Of a stretch of 64,000 nucleotides of DNA, positions 1-13,079 are shown in pieces. A program made the translations under genes and the position numbers. This DNA comes from Eledone cirrhosa (Eukaryota), in contig OZ024745.1 in NCBI GenBank assembly GCA_964016885.1, forward strand, positions 75,950,001 to 76,014,000, written 5' to 3'. How positions within the stretch are numbered: position 1 is the stretch's first letter; each line of letters opens with the position of its first letter. The notes under the pieces were generated by a model, which worked only from the letters and a program-made list of their open reading frames with translations, did no database searches and was not told the DNA's origin.

Positions 1-805
1 TTAAATATCAAAATCTCATAGATTCCATATTATGTGAGATAAAGCCTTTATCACAAAAATACAATAGCATATATAGGGTTAAATAACAATTTGAAATTAT
101 ATAGGTGATTTCTGTTTAGACTGTCAAATTGAATGTTTCTTTGGAAAGCTACATATTTTTTTATCATAATATTGAATATATTTCATAAATGGTTTTCATA
201 ATTGTTCCAACATGCAAAATACTGCTGTGAACAATTAGGTCCTAGTAAGTAGAAGATAAAACAGCCCTGATCCCCTCACGAAAATGGCCTTATCTTGTCC
301 AAATGTTTCAGTGTCTAATTCAAACTAATTATTAGCCATACTATTAAAACTGACTATTGTGTTTTATCAGGAGGGTTTCACGTAACTTTTTTTTTCTATG
401 GTCTAGGTGCTTCTAAAAGGAAGGTGTTGCACAGACATGAAGTTGGCAATCTGCAGTAATGCATGTCTCTGGTTCCAATAATCCACTGCCAGCTTAGTAT
501 TTCTCTGGCTCTGAAGTCTGAACATTTGGTGTTATAGACCCAGAAAGCTGGCTAGCCAATTGGCAATGCATTGTTGCTCTATGAACTAGATGTCAGTTAT
601 GGCACCAGCCATCTGTCTAATGTCTTCATTTCTGACCCAGTCCCTTATAAATTTGCCAGAGATAACACATCTCACAGGGATTTGTCCAGAGTCCAAGTTA
701 GGCATTTGTAAGTAAGGGTGTGAATGAAGATTAGTTTGGCTTGATCTCCATAGGTACACTAGAAGTGTTTTTTGATAGCTGTCTTTGCTTTGTCTAAAGT
801 CTGTC

Positions 806-1052
806 TTAAGCTAGAAGGCTCATTTGGCCGGTGCTTATCTTGGTTTCATGGTGTGAAGTGACAGTACAAGACTCCATCCCCTGGACAGGATGCCAGTCCA
901 TCGCAGGGTGAAACTCCCAGTTATTGCTGGTACTCATTTTCAGCTGAGTATACTGGAGCAACGTTAAATGAAGTGTTTCGTTCAAGAACACAACCCAGGA
1001 ATCAAACACACAACATTATGATCATAAATCCAACACCCTTAAAACTAGGCCA
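806..1052 (-). mobile_element. tRNA-derived SINE (family B)
   Basis: Homologous to 28618-28900 (+) and 43203-43497 (-). It has a tRNA-like head, a CORE-like TTCTTGAGCAAAACACTTCATTTCAC block and a CCTGCGATGGACTGGCATCCTGTCCAGGG block. Confidence 0.8.
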
Positions 1053-1466
1053 TGTCCGACAACTGGAACAACATCAAGTGCTTCCTTCAGGCAGATTGAG
1101 TCTTCCTTGGAAAAACGTCATCTCACATATCTCTGCTCCAGATTGTCACCGAATAGCAGCACATAGCTCAATTTGGTGCCCTCGTCATCAACCTGTGCAC
1201 TCACGTTGGAGTTGCCCAGTGCCTTGGCCTGCACCCACTATCATGTCGACTTACCACACACTGTTCCCCAGACACTTAAGTGAGGCGGATAGGCCCTTCT
1301 GTCTGCAAGGTATGGCTGAATCACCACAGACTGGGGTATAGAGTCTGTCCCTTTCCTGTGTTGCTTCATTTTCTTTTTTTTCCTTCCCTTTCCTTTTTTG
1401 TTTCTTTTAAATATTATTTTGTCCAACTTTACAATGTTATCTTATGGCATACACTTCGGTAATATA

Positions 1467-1588
1467 CAGGGTGCCCCCCCCCCCCCCCCCAAAAAAAAAT
1501 ATATATATATACACACTTTGATTACCTGTACAGGCAATATTTATTAAAATGCTGTTGAAATGTGTATACATTTTTTAGGGACACCCCG
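1467..1588. mobile_element. Tc1/mariner-type MITE
   Basis: TA|CAGGGTGCCC...AAAAA..TATACACA at the left mirrors TGTGTATACATTTTTTAGGGACACCCCG|TA at the right; TA flanks on both sides. Confidence 0.7.
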
Positions 1589-2109
1589 TATATGTAAAAT
1601 AAAGTCCAATCTATAATGCCAGTGTAATGTTACTAATATCAACGCCTGCCAATAACAGATAACAATCATCATGATAATTTTCTTTTCTTTTTATCTCCTG
1701 AATAAAATTAGATGAAAATTTTAAAAGATAAAAAAATACATAGTATTTTTAATAATTGTCGAGTGATGTTAACATATTCGCTATTATGTTATATAACATG
1801 TAACATATACATATATATGAAATTGTGGGTATAAAGGTGACTGGTGTTAATGTCCAAATTAATATTGTTCAACTGATATTGAATATGCATTTTCCAATAA
1901 CAAATATTTATAGTTTAGTAAAGTATTTATTTATTTATTGACATCTTGTCACAACATATTGATGAGTGTGGCATTGTCGGCAATATCCCCAACAATATAT
2001 GAAATTAGCGTTTGCTCTGCAAAAAGTTATTTTCTAATGATTCATAATTCTCTCACCTCTTTCTGTTCAAACTGGCTGGTCATACCTATCTTAAAGGTAT
2101 TGTTCGCAA

Positions 2110-2198
2110 AATAAATATCAAAATCTCGTAGAATAGAAATGTGAGATAGTGTTTACCGTGAAAATACAATAGTAAATATAGAGTAATGAAAAGGGTTA
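2110..2198. repeat. Repeat ending AGGG|TTAA (piggyBac-like right terminus); second copy at 3-81
   Basis: AAATATCAAAATCTC..AAAATACAATAG..AGGGTTAA occurs at the window start and here; no matching left end found. Confidence 0.45.
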
Positions 2199-2699
2199 AA
2201 GAGGATGCACTCCGTTAAAAAACAGGTAAAGACAACATTCAGTATTTTAAAATATTAAAAGAGAATTTGTGTATAATGGAATCTCGGTTTTAGCTATGTG
2301 CATTATTTACTAAGCAAATAGAGAAGCCCTCTGAACATCAGACATGGTGATTTACAACTCAAACTCACTAATCTGCAACCTTAATATCCGTGATCTGTGC
2401 CCACCAAACCCACCTTCCCCATTAGAAAACAACTCGAGCATTAAAGGTACGTTTGCATTTATACTTAACTGATCTTTCCCATCATGTAGAATTGACCTCC
2501 GTCGGTTTCAACGACAGCCTATTCATGAAAGTGACTGAGCATTATAAAGACACTTATCCTCAACATAATTCTTATAGTAAATAAACAAAATGTGTCCCTT
2601 TAAAAAAGTAAAGTTCTGTGTTTATATTTTCCAAACTTGTATAGCAAAGTCGGGAGCTGACGATAATTCCTCAGGTATCTCCCCCCACCTGAAAGTGGT

Positions 2700-2920
2700 C
2701 GTGTAGGTGTCACGACTAAAGCATTCAGTCCATACTGTACAAGTCACGACAAAAAACACCCAGTACACACTGTAAATGTGGTTGGCATTAGGAAGGACAT
2801 CCAGCCGTAGAAAGCAAGCCAAAGCAGTTATGTGTGAGCGAAATACGGTCCTTCGACCTGGATCTCTCACAACGGGACAGCCCGTCCTACCCATGGACGA
2901 TAAACGAGGATGATGATGGT
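2700..2920 (+). mobile_element. SINE-like interspersed repeat with (GAT)n tail
   Basis: GGTTGGCATTAGGAAGGACATCCAGCCGTAGAAA core; related decayed copies at about 29260-29590 and 33760-33840. Confidence 0.55.
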
Positions 2921-4618
2921 TCAAATTAACACTCAGTATGCTCAGGCTGGCCTTTTGAATTATATGTATAGGCCATCTGATAGGATTCCAAATATTCCAT
3001 TTACCTAATTTCTCTCACAAGGCGTGAGTCAACCCTAAGCTAAGGTAAATGGCACTTGCTATATGTGCCACACTTCGATCAAACCTGAACGTACGAAGCG
3101 AACATCTGAACTATTCGGTTAATTTGCTTGGGATACATTAAAAAAATATTTTACTACAAGGTAAAAAATGTAAGCATATAGATGTGATTTGTCCCTCTTG
3201 TTTAATTTTGCATTTAACTAATTATTTTAGCGTGTAGATGACACCTGTTTGTGCCATTTTAAATTTATTTTTTTGCAGCATACTACATGCACTTACCTGG
3301 TTAAAATACTTAAAACACTCATAAAATGTTAAAAATAGCCATTATAATTAATTCTCAGATACATATATATATATAAAACTAAATCATGGCACCTGTCTCA
3401 AAGATTTGTGCATTTCTAAAATTTCTTTAAAATAAACCTGGTATTTGAAAATCTTTTGATACCTTCTGTAATTTGCTGAATCTTTTTCGAGTATCAACAG
3501 AGTAGAGCTTTAGTTTTTTTAAGAATTAATCTAATCAATATTTAAAGCGTCGCCTACTGCAAGTGCCACATTTCCTAGGTATTGGGTTGATGCTTTGCTG
3601 GTGGTTTACTCAGTCCGGATGATCTCCATAACTCTTAGGTTCGTACTGGGTGGGGTATCTGGTGGTGAAATGTCGATGGAACAAGTCCTTTCATTCTGGG
3701 GGTCATTATGGATTGTCATGTCATCTAAATGCGGCTTGCTTCATTCACGACACCAAGTTGAATCTAATCATATGATGGGCTCTAGCCAGAGTCAATATCA
3801 CTTCAATTCTGGAAACCAGTCGGATTGTCCAGGGTCGATAAGAAGAGATCCGATGGCCTTGCCCTTTGCCCATGAGCCAGAGGTAAGATGTCTCATATGA
3901 ATTGTCACTGTCAGCACAGCGACTCTTTCGCTCATTGTCACATCCAAGTTGTTGGGGTGGGGTGTTACTATATCTGTAGCCGAATGGAATAAACTACTGT
4001 AATACCATGATTTATGGGTAAACTGCATTTTCCAGCCTGTGAGAGTCGAAATTCACCAAACACTCTACTAAGCTCAGTGCAAAAGTAGCATTTGGCTCAG
4101 ACCGCGCATTTCCAGGTCTTTCGCCATAATAAGTGTTTTATAGTGTAGTCTTTAACGTTTGAATTTAAGATCCCTTTATTGTGTATACAATGGGCCCTGT
4201 ACTAACCTAATCCAGCAGTGGTTTGATTTTGTATTGTGCCAAAACGAAATCTCGTAAAAGAATGTGAACTAATCTAAATATTGAATTCGGGGCCGGAAGG
4301 AATGGTTTTGTATTATTCCAAAATAATATAAATATTAGAAACTATTTTTATGAGAAGATTTATTAACTATTTTTTTCGTTCTGATTATCAGATCTAATAG
4401 ATATGTGAATCTATAGGCACAAGGCCTCATTACGAGGATAGGTGTAGTCTATAAGATCGATAACATTTATCGAACCTCGGATCATAAAAACAAAACAAAA
4501 CAGGATTTGAACACAGAACCCGAATAGCCGTTAATAAATACCACAAGCCATTTTGCCGGATGCTCTAGCTTCCTGTCAATCTGTCGCTTTAAACCTAATA
4601 CATATATTACCATCAACC

Positions 4619-4783
<165 letters not shown>

Positions 4784-5796
4784 TTAATTGTGTCGAAACA
4801 AACTATATTTATTCCTGTGGTTATACGGACTTATACAATATCTTCATATACTTTTATGAATTAGCTATTGTAGAACATAATCTTAAATAATCCCCAAACG
4901 AAACAGCATACTTAGGTCAGTGGTCGCCAACATGGGTTCCGTAAAACAAACTCCGGATTCCTTAAAAAAATAAATATTTACATTACCATTAATATTTTGG
5001 GTTTTCTGAAAAAGGTGCAAAGAAAATGCCAAAGGTGCAATGTATAAATGAACAAGTACTATTGTAGTGTACACAGGTTCTCCACTCCAATTCGTGGAAA
5101 ACACTACTTTCAGTTTCTCACTTGAATTAGCAGAAAAACACTGTTCTGAGATTCGTGAAAATTGAATACTTTCAATTTCACATCAATTCTTGGAAAGACA
5201 AGGTTTTCTGAATTTCAAGAATTTGACTACTACTGATAATACACTAATTGAACTTAAAAATTGACCAATCACGAACAAGTAAATGTTGGTCGATAACAGC
5301 ATAACTTTAAACTGAAAATTTCAGTTCAGCGAGGTCTTTCAGCCGAGAGACAGGGTCAGTTCGCTGTTCTCACAACGTAAGTTCAGTAGAATGTTTTCAA
5401 TAGAGAACACGTTTTAATCTGCTGTCCTCACAAAAGCTTTAAAGTCACCTAAAGTTTCTTCACAGAGTGAACTCGCTTACTAGTCGTTTTCAACATGCAT
5501 CCAGTTCTACAGACAATTCTAAATAAGAACACGTTACATTCTGTTGTACTTTGCACAGAAAATATAACGCCTGTAAAGTTTCGACTACTAACAAAGGTAA
5601 TTTTGTATTCCATGCATACACTATAAACTTTGCCACACAATTATGTATTCATTTGATGACATCTGCATTCACAATTGAGAAATTACTTTATACAATAAAT
5701 ATATATGTCCACAAACATTTGACTAAACTTTATTTGTTCCAATCTAATATATGTTTAACGCAGCCTAAAGCTTTCTTATATTATATCTAACTTTGA

Positions 5797-5898
5797 AGGT
5801 TGACTTTGCCTTTCATCCTTACGGGGTCGATAAAATAAAGTACCAGTAATGGACTGGGTATTTGCTGGCCTTGTGCCTAAAGTAGAAACAATTATTAT
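5797..5898 (+). mobile_element. 5'-truncated SINE (family A) inside the hAT element
   Basis: GACTTTGCCTTTCATCCTTACGGGGTCGATAAAATAAAGTACCAGT...GCCTAAAGTAGAAACAATTA. Confidence 0.85.
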
Positions 5899-5999
5899 AA
5901 GACTTTAAATAATATGTTTGCCATCCTAAAATGGAGAAATTTCAATTTTTAAAAATTAAAATTCTTTTTTAACTAGTTAAGTTTTTCCAAATATCTAAA

Positions 6000-7734
6000 A
6001 TTAAGCCCATGTGTTTGCTATGTTCAAAAGTTCTATCAAATAGCTGTTTAAATCCTGCAAAACTTAAAAGACACCTTGATACTAATCACACCAATGATAA
6101 AAGCAAGTCACTGGAATACTTTACTTCGCTGAAAAACAACATCAAAAAATCACATGTATGACTTGTTTTGTAAAAAGTCAGATAGAAATAAAGCTTTAAC
6201 AAGAACATCTTTTGAAATTTCACATTTGATTGGTAAAAACAAGAAACCATTTACATTAGGAGAACAGTTAATTCTGCCAAGTATAAAAATTGCTACAGAG
6301 AATCTTTTTGAAAGCTGCAGTATTAAGGACAAAGAAAAATTAAGCCAGTTACCATTGTCAGCAAATACCGTAAAAAGAGGGATAATTGATATTTCTTCTG
6401 ATATAGAAACTCAGATACTAACTGCACTAAAGAAAAGCACATGTTTTGGTCTGCAAGTGGACGAAACTACGGATATTAATAACAAGGCTCAATTAATTTG
6501 CTATGTACGGTTTGTAGACCTTGATAAAAAAGAATTAGTAGAAGAGTATTTGTTTTGTCTGGTATTAGACATCACAACTAAAGGTCAAGATATATTCAAT
6601 AAAATTGAAGAGTATTTTTTAAAAATGGTGTATCTTGGAGCAAGTTGACTTCAATAACAACAGATGGAGCAGCTGCAATGACTGGTAAAAATTCTGGTTT
6701 CAAATCATTGTATGATTCATTGAGAGGTTTTGTGTTCAAAAAAATTCAAAGACAGAGATGCTCAAATATTAAATGACCAGCTGAAAGACATTGTCAAAAT
6801 TATCAATTTGATCCATGCAAGAGCAAAACATTCTAGAATGTTTGAATCTATTTGTGAATCTTCTGGAAGTAATTATAATAGATTGTTATTGAACAATGAT
6901 GTGCGTTGGCTGTCTTTTGGGGATGCTATGAAGAGAGATTTTGAACTGAGAGAAGAAATAATAGTTTTTCTAAAAAAACAGAATGATGAAAGAGCAAGTG
7001 TATTAGAAACCAATGAATGGAATGTGCAACTCGCTTATTTAGTAGACATTTTTGGTGAACTGAACAAACTAAATAAGTGTCTTCAGGGTAACAATGCAGA
7101 TATTTTTACTTCAATCAATTTTATTACATATTTTCAATCAAAATTAAACATCTTTATAAAAAGAATTGAATCGGACAATTACTCATTACTTTCAAACCTT
7201 GAAATAGAGCTTAAAAAGAGAGAAGATTTTGACTCCAGCAATCTAAAGAAGATTATTCTTTCTCATTTAAATGTGCTTTCCACAAGTTTTTCAGATTATT
7301 TTGACTTGATGGTAAAAGATATTGTTAACGGAAATTTATGGATAAAAATCCCGTTCACCGAGCTCAAGCAGTTAGTGTCAGAAAATGACGCTGGAAATTG
7401 TAAAAATGTACTACCTGCACAATGCTTACATCAGTTGATGGATTTGAATTCAAACGAAGACCTGAAAGTGATATTCGAAAGCAGAAAGAAAGAACTATGG
7501 ATCGACTTATTCTTGATTGGGTAGTTTAATGAAATCAGCCAACTTGCATTGAAATATTTGACTTTATTCCCATCTAGCTACTTGTGCGAAGGGTTTTCGC
7601 AGTTTGTAGAAATCTGCACAAAGAAGATGAATAAACTCTCAGCAATTGACGAGTGTATGAGACTGGCATTAACTAGTGTTGAACCTCGATTTTCTAAACT
7701 CACTGATGAGGCGCAGCAGCAGAAAAGCCACTAG
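6000..7734 (+). pseudogene. Frameshifted hAT transposase (ZBED5/SCAND3/Buster-like)
   Basis: Motifs KPMCLLCSKVLSN..KLKRHL, FGLQVDETTD, TTDGAAAMTG, VRWLS and PSSYLCE, split over several frames with a deletion near 6700. Confidence 0.9.
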
Positions 7735-8379
7735 TTAATTGTGTTCGATTACATACACACGCATGAAACACTAAAATAAATAAATACTTTATTTTTTTTT
7801 TTTGAAAAGTTTTGTATTGTATAGGTTCCGTGAAGAATTCAAAATATTTAGAGGGTTCCTCGGTTTTAGAAAGGTTGGCGACCACTGACTTAAGTAACTG
7901 TTCCAGTAAGAGAAGAGATAACCTTAAAAGAGAGAATTCACCAAGTGCGACAATCGGCCGCACGTAAAGGTTGGTATGATTTGGTGCCCCGAAATCAATT
8001 TCAACTGTTAGATGGATGTAACTTATAGAAGTATAATACTGAAATATTATTATTTTCGAATGTCTAAATTATATGAGAATTCTAGCTACATTGGTAGCTT
8101 AGGTGATGAAGAAGTTTGCAAGTAAATATTACTTGAAGTCTTACTTCTATGTTAGTTTTCAAAAAGTTTTTGAACGATGTTTCCAATCGCGAGCAATTTA
8201 TAATGTTGTCTAAGCATTTGTAATGTCACTTATGTATATATTTAAAACATATTTGTTATGTTATTCTACTATAAATTTATTTATATGCTCTGTTTATATT
8301 TTCATTCTGAAAGAATTGCAAACGCTTTGTAATGTTATTTATACAACTAGTAATTTCAGTTCTAAAATGTGTTACGATT

Positions 8380-9110
8380 ACATTTAGGCAAAATATCATC
8401 TAGATTTTTTCATAGAAAATCTTCTGATAACGACTCTCTTAAGTCCACACACCAATGGTCTCTCACCATTGAAAACTTCAGCAAAATTAGTGTTGTTTCC
8501 TTTTGTCTGGAATAATTAAGCTGTCCATCAGTCGGCTACACCCACAACTCATCTTTTTCAGGTAGCACCATTGCATCATATGTTGAAAATGCTCTCTCCA
8601 GTTAACGATCTATTAACTCTGCTCTGTACGTTAATGATCTGCTTACTGTTTCTTATACCTCTCTCACTCACTTATGCAGATAAGGTCTTTCACGTATCAG
8701 TAACCATCTACAGGCAGTCGCTATCTCGATAAAAACAGACACACACTGAACATGACTTCCAATGGAGACATGGCAGCTTTGTTCCTTTCAACGGGACGAA
8801 AATAATCACCAGACATCACTTTACCTAGACATTCTGAACTACATTTTACCTATGCATGAATAACACACAGTTACCTCCCTCCTCATACTCAAGTAACTAC
8901 ATTTATTACCTCTCATAAACCCCGAAAATCATTTATAGTGGTTTCATCTAAAAACTAGGCTTCCTCTCAAAGGCCAAAAGCAATATAGACCTTCTGCTGG
9001 GACGGAGATGTTCCTGCTTTACAGACACAATCATCTTGGATTACGTCAAAAAGAAGGCAATTTACTCACCAACATGCAGAGGCACAACATTTTACCCGGC
9101 TTATCATGCC
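8380..9110 (+). mobile_element. Heavily decayed LINE reverse transcriptase remnant
   Basis: Residual RT-like codons (YAD-like TATGCAGAT near 8673) with many stops. Confidence 0.4.
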
Positions 9111-9193
9111 TGTTTATTTATTTTACTTAGTAAATTTCGAGGAATGAGTATCCATAAGTTTAACAGGTCCTGATCGATGCCGTACGACGAGGG

Positions 9194-9630
<437 letters not shown>

Positions 9631-10687
9631 TTAATTGTCAGCCACACTCACAAACTTAAAGAAAGGAACCACTAAAAAAAAAAAGATGAATTCACATAAA
9701 TAAATCTAGTTAATCCAATATAATAGTAATGGTTTCTAATTCAGACATAGACCACATTTTTTAAGAAATGGGGAAAAGCCGATTAAATCGATTCCAATAC
9801 TTGACAGTTATTTTATTTTATCGACGTCTGAAGGACGAAAGGCAAAGTTGACCTCGTCTGGATTTGAACTCAAAACGTAAAGAGTTTTACTACATACCGC
9901 AAAGCATTTTATCCACTCTAGCGATCCTACAAATGAAATTTTAAACAGAAAATATACAGAGGCTCATCGTCTATAATATATGTGTGTGTGTGGCGAATAA
10001 GAAATGTAGCGCAGTTGAGTGGCGAAAGAATGTAAAATAAATGTAGCGATGGAAGGAATTGGCTTGGGTTTGTTGTTGTTCATTTGAATGTGGCAGAGTT
10101 TGCAGTAGTGATTATTGTTGGGTGATTATGGATGAGGTAAAATTAGTCCCATATATAAGCGCTATATGAAAATGCTGATGAATGAACAAATAAAACATGG
10201 TCGCTACTAAAATAAATTTTTAAAGCTAATTGCCTGCTGCGAGGCTATCAAGGACAATGTAATGAAAACAAGACTTGATATATGCGTGTGGAATGATTCA
10301 GAAGATGGTATTTACCATACTTCTGCAATGGGTTGATAGTCGTTAGTCTGGCAGTGAGAGAAAGACAAATAGAGAGAGAGAATGAAAGAAAGCCCTACAG
10401 GGATCTGTGTGATATAGTGGCTACATCTTAACTGGTTGAAATCATTTCTACAACTCCTTGCTTTGACTCCGCAAACTGGCTATTTATCAGAATCGCTGTT
10501 CCTGTCTCCAGAACTTGAAAATAGACAGATGCGATTTCCATACCAAAATCGTAGACACATTGACGTCTAAAAAAAAACGATTACAATAGAAACTTATCCA
10601 TGAGGCCACACAAGGTCAAGTGTTTGGTGACCTTTTGATAGAATGAAACTCCATTGAAGAGAGTATCAAATTACAGCTACACACACA

Positions 10688-10983
10688 GACTTATCGCTTA
10701 CGAACTATTCGAAAACAAAAACTTCGAAGATATCTTCGACAAGCAAAAACTTCGTAGTAGAATACCTTCGACAAGCCAACTACTTCGAATCATCAATTTC
10801 GGACTTATTTCAGAAAACAAGCATGGGCTAGGGTTAGGGTTTTGATAACCCTTTTATACAGATTATTATTCAATTTTGTATTCGATGAAGGTGTATGAAA
10901 CCAACTTTTCAATGTTTTGATTTTCTGAGTAAAATACTTTCGAAGTGAATGCACTTCGAAGTGTCTTATTTCGAAGATAAGTC
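10688..10983. mobile_element. MITE-like element with subterminal TTCGAA repeats and internal TTAGGG-like units
   Basis: GACTTATC..CGAA at the left versus TTCGAAGATAAGTC at the right; many TTCGA motifs; GGGCTAGGGTTAGGGTT at about 10825. Confidence 0.5.
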
Positions 10984-11324
10984 CGTAAATTCACACCTAA
11001 ATGTGCGCGCGCGTGTGTATCTTTACTTAGCTGTTCGACAAAAAGAAATCGATAAAAGAAGTTCCTGACAGGTTGTTGTTATTTAGCCCAAGGTGAGTTC
11101 TTAAACGTATAATTAAAGCGCTCCAGCCATAACCACCCTTCCAACTTATCTTCAGAGAATACACCAAGGACTACATTATCCAACATATGCTTCCTATTTG
11201 AAGATAGGTAGGCATGTTTTGAAAGGAAATTGACTATTATTTTTTTCAAGTTTGAGTGACCATATAAACCCTCTTCCCCTAATAACATACTTTACTTTTC
11301 TTTTCTCGTTTATTATTATTATTT

Positions 11325-11500
11325 GGCAGTATCGGTAGAGGGTTGAACGCCATGCTTTCTAGCATAGTTACGTCCCTTTTTCAGTCTGAGTTCAAATCCC
11401 GCCGGGGTTAACTTTGCCTTTCATCCTTACGGGGTCGATAAAATAAAGTACCAGTAATGTACTGGGTATTTGCTGGCCTTGTGCCTAAAGTAGAAACAAT
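11325..11500 (+). mobile_element. tRNA-derived SINE (family A)
   Basis: GGCAGTATCGGTAGAG A-box and GAGTTCAAATCCCGCC B-box. About 15 further copies or fragments, e.g. near 9780, 14740, 14908, 18590, 19755, 20003, 23655, 27788, 28308, 37715, 38064, 39766, 44125, 55878, 63385. Confidence 0.9.
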
Positions 11501-11594
11501 TATTATTATTATTTTTTTTTTTTTAAAGAAACCATTATTATTATTATTTTTTTTTTTTTGTAATGAGTGAAAGGAATTTAGAAATAAAACTTAC

Positions 11595-11780
11595 TTAGTT
11601 TATAGCAATTCTCGCGAACATAGAGTATTTTAACGCACAATTCTCCAAATGAATTTTTCAGATCGGATTCTTAGTTCCGATTCTTACGAAGAAAAGTTTG
11701 GGTTTTTTTTTTCCTTTATTTCCACCCCAAGCCACATTTATGTTTTTATATTCAAAGGAATGGAAATCGTTTGACGTCAC
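11595..11780 (-). promoter_or_regulatory. Putative promoter and non-coding first exon of the ZNF474-like gene
   Basis: Consensus donor AA|GTAAGT at 11594; CpG-enriched stretch; palindromic cAMP-response element TGACGTCA at 11772-11779. Confidence 0.55.
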
Positions 11781-11816
11781 ATACTTTATGACATAAAATA
11801 CTGTCATTCTTTGCGT

Positions 11817-12208
11817 GGTTATCTTGTAGTTGCCCGCCTTATTTTTTTATTTTTTGTTTCAATTATTTTTTTTATGTAATTAAGTAAGAAAGTTATTATT
11901 AATTAAATTCTAAATTATTTAATTTAAAAAAAATTTTTTTTGATTTTTAAATTATTTTAAGAAACATAAATTATAATTTTTTTTTGTAGCCATCGTTACA
12001 ACTTTGTGGACCCCAAGGACCCCACAATCCACACAAACCGTGTCGTATCCAATATTCTATATTGGATACGACATTATTATGATGTATAATTGACACTTTT
12101 GAATATTATAATTTATGTTTAAAAAAAAAAAATTAAAATTTAATTAATAATAACTCTCTTAGATAAAAAAAAAAAAAAAAATTTAACGCGGGTAACTACA
12201 AGATAACC
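11817..12208. mobile_element. MITE with GG termini and 8-bp TSD (Merlin-like)
   Basis: TIR GGTTATCTTGTAGTTGCCCGC / GCGGGTAACTACAAGATAACC with further inverted AT blocks; TSD CTTTGCGT / CTTTACGT. Confidence 0.8.
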
Positions 12209-12429
12209 CTTTACGTTTGTTAACTTGGTAAAATATTCCATACTATTTTTTTTTTTTTTTATAGAAGTGAAATGGGAAAATTTATTAATGTTCACGTCTT
12301 TCACAAAGTACGAAACCTAGTGGTTTGGGTGTTGGTCGCACGATCATAAGGTCGTAAGTTCAATTCCTGGACCCGATAGTACGTTGTGTTCTTAAGCAAA
12401 ACGCTTCATTTCACATATGATTGGGATGC

Positions 12430-12830
12430 TCTATCAGTAAAGCACCCAAGGAACCTATGTGACATTTATAACCTGATCCAACAGTTTTATGCCTCAATAA
12501 TTTCTCCTCTTTAGTTCATCTTGTAGAAGTTGAAAATGATGCTGCTTGGTTAAGTGTGCGTATGACTATCTTGTGACAAACTCCAACAGATAGGTTTAGC
12601 AACAATCCCCACTGGACCAGCTGCTTTTCCTACTTTTATATCCTCAATTGCTTTATCTCCCACACTGCTGTCATTTTTTATGGCTTGTCCTGCAGATGGG
12701 TCTTCTTGGGGTAGATACCCACACTCGCATATATTCTCCTCATTCAACAACCTTTCATAGTAACACTTCCACGATTCGTTCTTGGTGTCAGTAAGGTTAA
12801 GTAAACCAGTCATTCCACACACTTCTATTG
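12430..12830 (-). mobile_element. RTE-type LINE fragment
   Basis: WKCYYERLLNEEN...KVGKAAGP pre-RT motifs. Confidence 0.7.
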
Positions 12831-12843
12831 CTATATAGATCTG

Positions 12844-12929
12844 GAAGGGTGGCATGGTTTATTGTAGATAGGGCCATAATAGATAATTATCTATTATGGC
12901 CCTATCTACAATAAACCATGTCACCCTTC
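12844..12929. repeat. 86-bp spacerless palindrome
   Basis: 43-bp arms centred on TAGATAA|TTATCTA (12886/12887), one mismatch. Confidence 0.95.
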
Positions 12930-13079
12930 ATCTAGTCGGTACCTTGCCGCAGCTAGAACAAAACCTGTATAAGTGTAAGCTGTAAATTTCATTTATTTAA
13001 TTTTCTTTCACAAGAGCATTAAAGACATAAACGAAAGGAAATTACTTCAACTGTAAATGAAAGCTCTGTCAATTTACTA

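Larger units (their letters stand above)
4918..7887 (+). mobile_element. hAT DNA transposon (Buster/Charlie group) in the ZNF474-like intron
   Basis: TIRs CAGTGGTCGCCAAC / GTTGGCGACCACTG; 8-bp TSD ACTTAGGT / ACTTAAGT with central TA. Confidence 0.95.

Noticed and set aside
3540-4140. Possible Gypsy integrase C-terminal remnant (RSSGLSKPP-like, minus strand)
   Set aside because: Too decayed; no catalytic motif or LTR recognisable without a profile search.
10825-10842. Telomeric TTAGGG repeats
   Set aside because: Only about 3 imperfect units inside an interspersed element; not a telomere.
11325-11410. tRNA-like A/B boxes (also near 28620 and in other copies)
   Set aside because: These are SINE heads with no complete cloverleaf.
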